Part shown: positions 44,681 to 54,000 of the stretch, one piece after another | How the letters are laid out: every line of letters begins with the position of its first letter | How positions within the stretch are numbered: the stretch's first letter is position 1 | From: a bacterium | GTDB lineage: Bacteria > Patescibacteriota > Minisyncoccia > Phycocordibacterales > JBBTRF01 | Direction of reading: 5' to 3' | DNA length: 64,000 bases | NCBI GenBank assembly: GCA_037130265.1 | Contig: JBAXTI010000001.1 | Location: 325,765 to 389,764 of the forward strand | Made by a program: the position numbers and the translations under genes | The notes under the pieces: generated by a model | Told to the model about the DNA's origin: nothing | Database searches by the model: none | What the model saw: only the letters and a program-made list of their open reading frames with translations

Positions 44681-45401
44681 AAAGGACTTTCACTTCATCA
44701 CCCCAATCATTCTCCAGACTGTAGTGTATGTCTTCAGTCTCGCGTGCTTCAAGGTATTCTGCCGTATTCGATATGAAGGCGTAGAACAGCTCCTCGCTTT
44801 TCAGAAAGTACAGAGAGCTGCGGGAAAAACATCCGCCCTCATCTTCGCCCCAAATCATTCCAGCGAGTGGGATGGCCCACTGGTGCGTATCGGCCTACCG
44901 TTCTTTTGGCGAGGGTCTCCGATGTACTACGTCTCTCAGAAAAAGGACTTCTACGACGCTTCCGGCTGGCGCAAATATATCTATGGAGGCATCTTGTTCA
45001 ACCTCGCTGGCGCGTACCCAGTGTATTCTGGGCACCACGACTACGCCTACTCGCTGCAAAACTTCATCGCTCTGATGGAGATGGGCAAATGCGTCTGCAT
45101 CTTTCCTGAAGGACGTCGCACCACCGATGGAAAAATGGGACCGGCTCGAGGCGGCGTAGCCTTTTTGTCACACGCAACCCAGACTCCCGTCGTGCCGGTC
45201 TCGATGAAGGGTCTGACCCTGCTCAATGCTGGAGACTTTTTCTTGCGCCGACGCACCGTGGTGATCCGCTATGGCACACCGATGATGCCAAAAGAGATTG
45301 TCAGCCCCGTCTCGCTCGCTCAATCCAATGGCCCGACGGTAGACGACTTTCATGCTGGAGCGAATAAGGTGATGGAGAGGGTGGCGGGGATGTTGAAGTA
45401 G
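44655..45401 (+). CDS. Lysophospholipid acyltransferase (PlsC-like)
   Basis: HX4D motif (NHSSEWDG) and FPEGRRT motif, with an N-terminal TM. Confidence 0.7.
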   Translation: MTQTSMNSRKDFHFITPIILQTVVYVFSLACFKVFCRIRYEGVEQLLAFQKVQRAAGKTSALIFAPNHSSEWDGPLVRIGLPFFWRGSPMYYVSQKKDFYDASGWRKYIYGGILFNLAGAYPVYSGHHDYAYSLQNFIALMEMGKCVCIFPEGRRTTDGKMGPARGGVAFLSHATQTPVVPVSMKGLTLLNAGDFFLRRRTVVIRYGTPMMPKEIVSPVSLAQSNGPTVDDFHAGANKVMERVAGMLK

Positions 45402-45447
45402 ACACAATAACCCCTAGCATTTCCGTGATATACTTTTCAGCACTGAA

Positions 45448-46350
45448 ATGAAAACAAACCCACATCAGAAAGTGAATGTTGTACTCGATAAGGATGCCTC
45501 GATAGGACATGAGACCAATAGTTTGGGTAAAAAACTCCTCAACCTCTTCCTCATTCCGACTCTCAACAGTATTCCCGCTAGTTTTCGTGGTTCAATCCGC
45601 AAAAGTCACGCCTCGGCGGACGAAGTGATTGAGAATGCGACTACACACAAGGCACTCGAGGTGCTATACCACAATGGTCACCCTCATCGATCAAAAAATG
45701 TCTTTCAGAAGATTTCGCACCACATCTGGTTCCACAGCAACAATTCCCGGGGCGTACGTAACCGTCTCCGCATTGTTACTCGTGAGCTGAAGCATCGTTT
45801 TACTCAGCACGTCGAGCAAGAAAAGCCGATAAAGGTGCTCAGTATTGCTTCCGGATCATCACGTGCGGTGATTGAGGCCTTGCGAGATGCTCAGACGGTA
45901 GGGAAGTTGCCGATTTCCGGTGTCTTTTTGGACAAAAATCCCGTAGCTATCGATTACAGCAAGCAACTTGCGAAGGAAATGCTCAAAGATCAGCACTCCC
46001 TCGAGTGGGCTGAGACCACCGTCGGCACCTTTTTTCGTGAGTGTCAGCCTGAAAATGAGTTTGATGTCGTGGAAATGGTGGGCCTTCTCGACTATTTCAA
46101 CGATGCTAAAACCATCGAGACTTTCACCTCGATTCGTAAAGCTTTGAAACCAGGAGGCATCCTGGTGACGGCCAACATTGCAGATAACCCTGAACGTACC
46201 TTCGTCACCAAGGCCATCGGCTGGGACATGATCTACCGAAAGGCCGAGGACCTTGCACATTTGTTGGGAGCAGCTGGCTTTGAGTATGATAAAATGAAAG
46301 TGTTCTACGAGCCGCTAAAGGTACACAGCGTGATTGTGGCTGAGAAGTAG
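45448..46350 (+). CDS. Class I SAM-dependent methyltransferase
   Basis: Motif I VLSIASGSSRAV and post-I/II elements (DVVEMVGLLDYF, LKPGGILV). Confidence 0.6.
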   Translation: MKTNPHQKVNVVLDKDASIGHETNSLGKKLLNLFLIPTLNSIPASFRGSIRKSHASADEVIENATTHKALEVLYHNGHPHRSKNVFQKISHHIWFHSNNSRGVRNRLRIVTRELKHRFTQHVEQEKPIKVLSIASGSSRAVIEALRDAQTVGKLPISGVFLDKNPVAIDYSKQLAKEMLKDQHSLEWAETTVGTFFRECQPENEFDVVEMVGLLDYFNDAKTIETFTSIRKALKPGGILVTANIADNPERTFVTKAIGWDMIYRKAEDLAHLLGAAGFEYDKMKVFYEPLKVHSVIVAEK

Positions 46351-46382
46351 CACAGGAGCGACACCTAGGCAACCGAACTATC

Positions 46383-47996
46383 ATGGGATTTCAATCATCA
46401 CTTCTTTTCATTACAACAGGCGTCAATATTCTCCTCTCATTTTTCGTATTCTTCGGGAAAAAGACGGCGACCAACATTATCTATTCGGCTTTCGTCTTCT
46501 CTGTGGCTGTCTGGGCGCTCGGTTTGGCGCTCTTTATTCTTGATGCAGACCTGGTTCGAGCTGTTTGGACTGCCAACATTTATTATGTTGCTGCGGCGGC
46601 CATCCCGGCATTCTTCCTGTACTTCTCAATATCGTTCCTCGAAGATAGTTTCCACCTCACTCTCAAGAACGCCCTCATCTTGCTCCCTCTCTTGGTCCTC
46701 ATCTGCATTTTTGCCTACGACAGTCACTTCTTGGTACTCCTCGTAGAGCAGGCGGAGTGGGGAAAGAACGCCGTTCTCGATTATGGCCACTATTTCGCAT
46801 ACTCAATGTACTTCTTGATGTATGTTTCGGTCGCGTACTATATTTTCTTCCGCCGATATCGAATGTTCAATACTTCGGAGGAGCGTTTGCAACTAAAGTT
46901 TATCATCGGTGGCACCGCAGTGGCTTTTCTGCTCGGAATGGTGTTCAATCTTTTTCTGCCTTTTCTTGGAAACTATCAGTATATTTGGCTTGGACCAGTC
47001 TTCACCCTCATCATGGTCGCCTCAATCGGCTACGCCATTACCCGACACCACCTTTTCGACATGAAAGTGGTCGCGACGCAGTTGATCACTTTCTCTCTGT
47101 GGATTGTACTCCTCGTCCGAGTCTTTTTGTCGAGCAGCAACCTCGACCAGATCATCAATATTGTCCTTCTAATCATCGTGGTGATTTTCGGAACCTTCCT
47201 AATTCGCAGCGTGATAAAGGAAGTCGCTACCCGTGAACGTATCGAGGGCTTGGCCAAAGATTTGGCGAAAGCCAACGATCGTCTCAAGGAGCTCGACAGC
47301 CTAAAATCGGAATTTTTGTCGATTGCATCACATCAGATTCGTGCACCAATCACCGCGATCAAGGGATACGCCTCGCTTATTCTCGAAGAAAATTTTGGCA
47401 AGGTTGCACCTGAGCTAAAGGAGGCAGTGGACGTGATTTTTGAATCAAGCAAAAGTATGGCGATCATGGTTGATGACTTCCTCAACATTTCACGTATTGA
47501 ACAGGGTCGCATGAAATACGACCTCACGATCAATGACCTCAGTGCGCTCGCGACTCAGGTAGTGGATGAGCTCAAGCCGACCGTGGAGAAGAAGGGCTTG
47601 GCGATTTCCTTCACCTTCGACAAAAAAGCCAATTACGAGGCGCGGCTCGATGCTGGAAAGATCAAGCAAGCCGTCACCAACCTCATTGACAACGCCATTA
47701 AATACACGCCAAAGGGCTCTATACACGTCAATTTGGCCCGTAGCGGTGGCAAGCTCGACCTGACGGTCAAGGACACAGGTATGGGCATTTCTAGCCAGAA
47801 CATCCCCAAATTGTTCCAGAAGTTCAGCCGTGCGAAGGACGCAATCACCACCAATGTCGGCGGTACCGGCCTTGGTCTCTACGTGGTGAAACAGATGGTG
47901 GAAGGTCACGAAGGTGGCAAAGTCTGGGTGGAGTCGCCGGGTGAGCACAAGGGTGCGACATTCCATATTGAGGTGGAGGCGTTTGAGAAGAGGTAG
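46383..47996 (+). CDS. Sensor histidine kinase with multi-pass membrane N-terminal domain
   Basis: ~7 TM helices, then HisKA H-box SIASHQIRAPITAI and HATPase_c boxes (DNAIKYT, GGTGLGLYVVKQMV). Confidence 0.8.
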   Translation: MGFQSSLLFITTGVNILLSFFVFFGKKTATNIIYSAFVFSVAVWALGLALFILDADLVRAVWTANIYYVAAAAIPAFFLYFSISFLEDSFHLTLKNALILLPLLVLICIFAYDSHFLVLLVEQAEWGKNAVLDYGHYFAYSMYFLMYVSVAYYIFFRRYRMFNTSEERLQLKFIIGGTAVAFLLGMVFNLFLPFLGNYQYIWLGPVFTLIMVASIGYAITRHHLFDMKVVATQLITFSLWIVLLVRVFLSSSNLDQIINIVLLIIVVIFGTFLIRSVIKEVATRERIEGLAKDLAKANDRLKELDSLKSEFLSIASHQIRAPITAIKGYASLILEENFGKVAPELKEAVDVIFESSKSMAIMVDDFLNISRIEQGRMKYDLTINDLSALATQVVDELKPTVEKKGLAISFTFDKKANYEARLDAGKIKQAVTNLIDNAIKYTPKGSIHVNLARSGGKLDLTVKDTGMGISSQNIPKLFQKFSRAKDAITTNVGGTGLGLYVVKQMVEGHEGGKVWVESPGEHKGATFHIEVEAFEKR

Positions 47997-48003
47997 TCCG
48001 ACC

Positions 48004-48038
48004 AAAAAGCCGCGCCATTTCGTTTGGTGCGGCTTTTT
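48004..48038 (+). terminator. Rho-independent (A/T-tract) terminator
   Basis: Hairpin AAAAAGCCGCGCCA-TTTCGTT-TGGTGCGGCTTTTT. Confidence 0.5.
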
Positions 48039-48040
48039 GG

Positions 48041-48046
48041 TATAAT
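48041..48046 (+). promoter_or_regulatory. Extended -10 box (TGGTATAAT) for trpS
   Basis: TATAAT ends 6 nt before the trpS ATG at 48053 with no Shine-Dalgarno, so a leaderless mRNA is likely. Confidence 0.35.
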
Positions 48047-48052
48047 CGAGCG

Positions 48053-49063
48053 ATGTTTAGCTTCAAAAAACTCGCAGGCGCGGTAACACCAAACACAAGC
48101 CCGAGCGGTAGCAGTAAGCCAATCCTTTTGTCCGGCATCCAGCCAACTGGTCGGCCACACATTGGCAACTATTTTGGTGCGATGAAGCAGTTTGTCGACC
48201 TTCAAGACAGCCACGATGGCTACATCTTCACGGCCGACTTTCACGCGCTCACTAAGATTCAGAGTGCCGCCGAGCTCTCCCAGGCCACATACGATCTCGT
48301 CCTCGACTACCTCGCTATCGGACTCGACCCGAAAAAGGTGACGCTCTTCAAGCAATCTGACACGCCACAGGTGACCGAACTCGCGTGGATCTTCAACTGC
48401 CTCACGACTATGCCGTACCTAATGCGCGCCCACGCTTTCAAGGACGCTGAGGCGAAGAACAAGGAGATCAACGTAGGCATGTTTGATTACCCGATCCTCA
48501 TGGCGGCTGACATTCTCATCACCGATGCAGCTGTCGTGCCGGTAGGACAGGACCAGAAGCAACATGTCGAATACGCACGCGATACTGCCGAGAAGTTCAA
48601 TCGTATTTTTGGGGACACTTTCAAGTTGCCTCAGCCGCTCATTCTCGATAGCGTGAAAACCGTACCCGGTATCGACGGCCAGAAGATGAGCAAGAGTTAC
48701 AACAACCACATTCCGCTGTTCTCGACCGACGAGGAACTGCGCAAATTGGTGATGTCTATTGTGACCGACTCTGGTTCGGCCGGCGGCGTGCCGGTGAATG
48801 TTCGGGCGATCCACGAGTTGCTCCGCGACAAAGCTTACCTTGACGCGCTTTACACCGAGAAAGCAGGGAAGTACAAGGACCTGAAAGAGGCATTACTTGC
48901 CGACCTCATCGCCTTCGTGACCCCATTGCGAGAGCGCCGCGCTGAATTGGCCAAAGATCGCAATCGTGTCCTGAAAATCCTCGCTGAAGGCGGCAAAAAA
49001 GCTCGCGCTCGGGCCGAAACGAAGATGGTGGAGGTGCGGAAGAAGACGGGCTTAGCGTTGTAA
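48053..49063 (+). CDS. trpS: Tryptophan--tRNA ligase
   Basis: HIGH-type PTGRPHIGNY, KMSKS (QKMSKSY) and a TrpRS-typical ~335-aa length. Confidence 0.9.
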   Translation: MFSFKKLAGAVTPNTSPSGSSKPILLSGIQPTGRPHIGNYFGAMKQFVDLQDSHDGYIFTADFHALTKIQSAAELSQATYDLVLDYLAIGLDPKKVTLFKQSDTPQVTELAWIFNCLTTMPYLMRAHAFKDAEAKNKEINVGMFDYPILMAADILITDAAVVPVGQDQKQHVEYARDTAEKFNRIFGDTFKLPQPLILDSVKTVPGIDGQKMSKSYNNHIPLFSTDEELRKLVMSIVTDSGSAGGVPVNVRAIHELLRDKAYLDALYTEKAGKYKDLKEALLADLIAFVTPLRERRAELAKDRNRVLKILAEGGKKARARAETKMVEVRKKTGLAL

Positions 49064-49087
49064 AAAAGTCAGAAAAATTTAAAACAA

Positions 49088-49120
49088 AACAATCGCTCAT
49101 CTCGAGCGGTTGTTTCTTGT
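49088..49120 (+). terminator. Rho-independent terminator
   Basis: Hairpin AACAATCGCTC-ATCTC-GAGCGGTTGTT followed by a T-rich tract. Confidence 0.45.
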
Positions 49121-49231
49121 GCCTATAGTATAGCACATCGGCGTATGGAAACAACGGTGACAACGCGCCGAATGTTTGACATATTTTGAAATGTGTAGAC
49201 AAGTATATTCGCTGTCTGTTATTATGGCTAG

Positions 49232-50977
49232 ATGTTCAAAAAAATATTGCTGTTGCTTCGGCCATTTTGGGGCACCTTCGGGGTCCTCATTTTTCTCGTC
49301 TTCGCGAGAAAGGCCTTCGAGCTCGTCCAGCCGTATTATTGGGGAAAGCTCGTGGATGTCTTCTTCCATCCGGAAGCCAGTCAGATCAAGTACCTTATTC
49401 TTATCATCGGCCTCACCATGGCTGCTGATTTGATATTAGACTGGATACACACTATTTTTGAAAATCAAAAATTTATCTTCCGTATTGATAAACTGATTGA
49501 TTTGAATACTGCCAAAAAAGCCGCGTCCCTTTCCTTGGGGCAAATAACTGGCCAGAACTCCGGCTTTCGGCAAAAAGTAGCCTCACAGGGAGCGAGTGCA
49601 GTCACAAACACCGCACAGTTGGCGATCTACGATATTCTTCCGGGAGTCGCCACTATCATTTTTGCTTTCTCTTTCCTCTTCATCAGCAATCACATTCTTG
49701 GATATATTGTCTTAGCGACGGTCGGTGTCTCGCTCCTTGTTGTGACTCCGGCAAACATGAAAATGGCTCGAAAAATCCGCGAGTATCGGAAAGTGGATGA
49801 TATCCTCGGACAACAATACTCAGAGGTGCTTCGCTCGCTTCCACTCGTAATGCTCTCTGGTCAGGAGGAAGAGACTATCGGGCGACTGGATAGAGAGTAT
49901 GAGAAGGTGGCAACTTTTGCGGAAAAAATGTGGCTAAGATATCACACAGTTACGGGGCTTTCCCGAGACTTTATCGACAAAGCCGGAAACTTGGCTGTCA
50001 TTGCAACCGGAGCGTACCTCGTACTGAACGGCTCACTCACTGCCGGCGCACTCATGGCTTCCATTGCCTGGGCACGAATGGTCTTTAATCAGACCGCTCA
50101 ACTCGCGCGTGTCTCGAGACGACTCGTGGTGATTTCTGTGGACGTTCTCCGCTACTTCGAGATCATCGACCTCAGGTCAAACATTGTCTCGCCGGAAAAT
50201 GGCGTGAAGTTTAGCCCACTGAAAGGTGCGGTGGATTTTAAAAATGTTTCTTTTGCGTATCCGGAAGCAAAGACCGATACGAATGCATTGCACAACGTGT
50301 CATTCTCAATCTCACCCGGTGAAGTGGTGGCGATTGTCGGACATTCTGGAGCGGGGAAGTCGACCATCGTAAGCCTGCTCCTCCGTGGCTTCGACCCGGT
50401 GTCTGGCGAGATCGATATTGACGGCGTGGACCTCAAACAGGTGGATCTGGGTTCATTCCGCTCTTCCATCGGCTACGTCGAACAACAAGTGCGCCTTTGG
50501 GACGACACATTGCGATACAATTTGCTCTTTGGCATCAAGGACCAGAGCAAGATCACCGAGGAGCGACTGAAAGAAATCGCCGAGCTCTCGAAAATCAGTG
50601 CATTCTTCGACCGACTACCCGACGGCTTCGACACCAAGATTGGCGAAAACGGCGTGAAGCTCTCCGGCGGCGAGCGACAGCGCGTGGCTATTGCCCGAGC
50701 GTTGCTCAAGGATCCGAGCCTACTCATTTTGGACGAAGCGACAAATAGTCTCGACACCATCAACGACGCCCACATCCAGCAGGCGATGCGCGACGCTATG
50801 AAGGGACGCACCGGCATCATCATCGCTCACCGACTTTCGACCATCCGCCATGCGGACAAGATCATCGTGATGGAGAAGGGTCGAGTAGCCGGCATGGGCA
50901 GCCACACCGAACTTCTCGCCACCTGCGAACAGTACAAAAACCTCGTCGAAAAGGAGGGGCAGGTGATCGTGGCATAG
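49232..50977 (+). CDS. ABC exporter, fused permease/ATPase (MsbA/type-I exporter family)
   Basis: Six-TM domain, Walker A GHSGAGKST, signature [15 protein letters not shown] and Walker B ILDEATNSLD. Confidence 0.85.
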   Translation: MFKKILLLLRPFWGTFGVLIFLVFARKAFELVQPYYWGKLVDVFFHPEASQIKYLILIIGLTMAADLILDWIHTIFENQKFIFRIDKLIDLNTAKKAASLSLGQITGQNSGFRQKVASQGASAVTNTAQLAIYDILPGVATIIFAFSFLFISNHILGYIVLATVGVSLLVVTPANMKMARKIREYRKVDDILGQQYSEVLRSLPLVMLSGQEEETIGRLDREYEKVATFAEKMWLRYHTVTGLSRDFIDKAGNLAVIATGAYLVLNGSLTAGALMASIAWARMVFNQTAQLARVSRRLVVISVDVLRYFEIIDLRSNIVSPENGVKFSPLKGAVDFKNVSFAYPEAKTDTNALHNVSFSISPGEVVAIVGHSGAGKSTIVSLLLRGFDPVSGEIDIDGVDLKQVDLGSFRSSIGYVEQQVRLWDDTLRYNLLFGIKDQSKITEERLKEIAELSKISAFFDRLPDGFDTKIGENGVKLSGGERQRVAIARALLKDPSLLILDEATNSLDTINDAHIQQAMRDAMKGRTGIIIAHRLSTIRHADKIIVMEKGRVAGMGSHTELLATCEQYKNLVEKEGQVIVA

Positions 50978-51039
50978 TCCTACGTCTCCTTCGTCAATTC
51001 ACCCCCCCGCTGTCCCCACCACCTCACCAAATACAGTGA

Positions 51040-51045
51040 TATAAT
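51040..51045 (+). promoter_or_regulatory. Extended -10 box (TGATATAAT) for the giant surface-protein gene
   Basis: Sits in the 100-nt spacer upstream of 51080/51113. Confidence 0.3.
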
Positions 51046-51079
51046 TTGCGGTATATGAGAGATTCTCGTCCAGCACGAT

Positions 51080-54000
51080 TTGCTGTTTTGTGCCATTTCT
51101 CTGGCACCTTCCATGCTTGATATTCTCAACACAATTGGGGCCGCCATCATCACCGCTTTCTCTAGCATCGCCCTATTGTTTTCCGCCTCCACAGCACCAG
51201 CTGCAGTAGTGGTCTCCCAGCAGGGAACCACCGCATCTTCTGTTTCCTCGTCCACCCTCGCCGTCACCACCGACTCGGGTACCGCCTCCACCACCGTTTT
51301 TAACACATACATCACGCAGCCCGTCATCGAACGCATTGTCGAGCGAGCAGGGGAGACTGCGGCCACCTCTGGCGACTCCTCCACCTTCGTCACCCAACAA
51401 GAATTCACCCAGAAGCTCAACACCCTCTCTGCCACCCTCGGCCGCTCCCTGTATGGCAACTCATACCCAGCACCAAGCACCAACTACGGTGGTGGTGGTG
51501 TGCAGAACATGATCTCGTTGTCCAACAAGATTGATCAACTCACCAACACCGTCATCACCACGCCCACCATCACCGGTGCCACCATCAATGGCGGTACCAT
51601 CTCTGCCACCACTGCTGCCTTCTCTGGTGACGCCACCCTCTCCTCCACCACCGCCTCCTCCCTCACCGTCACCGGCCTATCATCTTTCGCAGGTCTCACC
51701 ACCCTCGGATACGCCTCCACCACCCAAATCGGCTCAACTGGCTCGGCATACTTTGCCACCAGTGGCGGCTCAGTGGGTATCGGCACCACCTCTCCCTCAG
51801 ACCTCCTTGCAGTGAATGGTGCGGTATACCTGGCCGCCACCACCCCTGCTGTCACTTCCAACCGCCTGTACAACAGCTCAGGTGATCTATACTGGGGAGG
51901 CAACCTCGTGTCAGGCGCTGCTGTCGGCACCTGGACATCGACTTCAGGCAATGTATATCGTCCGACGGGGAATGTGGGGATCGGTACTACCTCTCCATGG
52001 CGTGCACTTTCCGTGAACGGTTCCTCTGACCTTGGCAACAATGCTTTGGCAGGATCCTTCACCTCTACGACCACAACAGCTACCTCTACGTTTGCCGGAG
52101 GTTTCTCTGCCGCGAGCTCTACTTTCAACATCTTGAATCACAATGGGTATGTGGGGATTGGGACGACTACTCCAAAAAGAATGTTGCATCTTTCTAGTGT
52201 TACCTCAGCCACGGATCAGATGATTCGTGCTGAAAGTTCTGTTTCAACTAACGGTGCAACTATTCTGACCATGAATGATGTTGGCGATATATTTCAATTC
52301 GTAATGAATGGTTCAAATATTGGGAACGGATTTGTTTCAACAACAAACAACGCAGCCAGATTGCAATCTACAGGTGCTGGTGGAATGATTCTTAATACCA
52401 CTAACGCTAGTGCACCTATTGTTTTTGGAACAGGAGGCGTTGCGCTTGCAAATGAAAGGATGAGGCTCACAAGTACTGGTAATCTTGGTATCGGTACGTC
52501 CACTCCCGGCCAGAAACTTTCGGTGGCGGGGGACATTTTGGGGAACAATATTATCGGCTCGTATTTCACGGCGACTTCGACGATCGCATCTTCGACTCTT
52601 TCTACCGGAGGGCTCGCAATCGGCACGTCGCAGTTTGTGGTACAGCAGAATAGTGGGCGAGTGGGCATTGGTATCGCAAATCCAACCGAGAAACTGCACG
52701 TAACTGGCTTGAGGACAAACAATTCTGCCAGAATTCTTGTTACTGATGAAAATGGGGCGATAGCTCGACTGAATGCAGATGGGTATAACAACGGCACTGA
52801 TGCTGCTGCCAATCTTTTCTTGTCTGGAGATGGAAATCAGGGAATTAAAATGGTTTCCGGCGGGGTGTCCTCTTATATAACAGCAGGTTCAACAGGTGTG
52901 AGTATTACTGGTGCGGGAACGGGCTACGGCCTAACTCTTGCTGGGCCAACTAACACTCTCGGAGGAACGCTAAGTACCGACTCGAGCGGTTCGAGTGTTT
53001 GGGTGCCGCTCACAATTACTGCGAATGATAGCCAGGCAACAAACGTACTTTCAGTCGGCAAATCATCTTCAGCCGGTTCTTATTTATTGATGAATTCTTC
53101 GGGTAATCTTGGCATCGGCACCACCACCCCCGGCCAGAAGCTTTCGGTGGCGGGGGACATTTTGGGGAACAATATTATCGGCTCGTATTTCACGGCGACT
53201 TCGAGTACGGCGACTTCCACCTTCTTGGGCGGAGCGACCTTTGCGACTGGTGGGGGAAATGTGGGGATTGGGACGGCGACAACGGATGCACTACTTAGTG
53301 TGGTTAGTCCAAACAATGCGGTCGATACAATTTTATCAGTACGAACAAATAATTTATCGCAAGGTGTCGGGATTGGATACTCTTCAATAAGAGCGATTGG
53401 TTCAAGTGCAAACGTTGATTTGACAATAGCTGCCAAAGGATCAGGTACTGCGTATCTTGGTGATTCTGGAAACGGCTTTTTTGTGAGCCCGAGTGTTGCT
53501 GGAGCAAGTATAAGTACAAATGGTATAACCAGATTCAGTCTAATTGACGGTGTTGCAGCATTTGCGACGGATGGTTTCTCTATAACCGCAAACAGCGCAA
53601 CAGCCGCGACTATTATGGGCGGCAACGTCGGCATCGGAACAGCGAGTCCAGCTGACAAATTACAAGTAACAGGTGGAAATATTTTACTGGACGCTGGCGG
53701 TTCTATACAATTTGGTTCAACTGGTTTAAATAGCGTCGGTATTAAAGGTTATTGGGCTGGTTCCGGTAGCTACATGCACGTGTACTCAGTGGGGGATATT
53801 CGTAACTACTTGGATGCTAATAATAACTCCATTAACAATTTTGAAATCTATGGAAACGTAGCCGAAGGAACAACGGAGGGAGCCTTATTTACAGTTCAAG
53901 ATACAGGAAACGTCGGCATCGGCACCACCACCCCATACGCAAAACTTTCTCTTAGCGCCAACCACACCGGTACTCACAACCCAACACTCTTTGCTATCGC

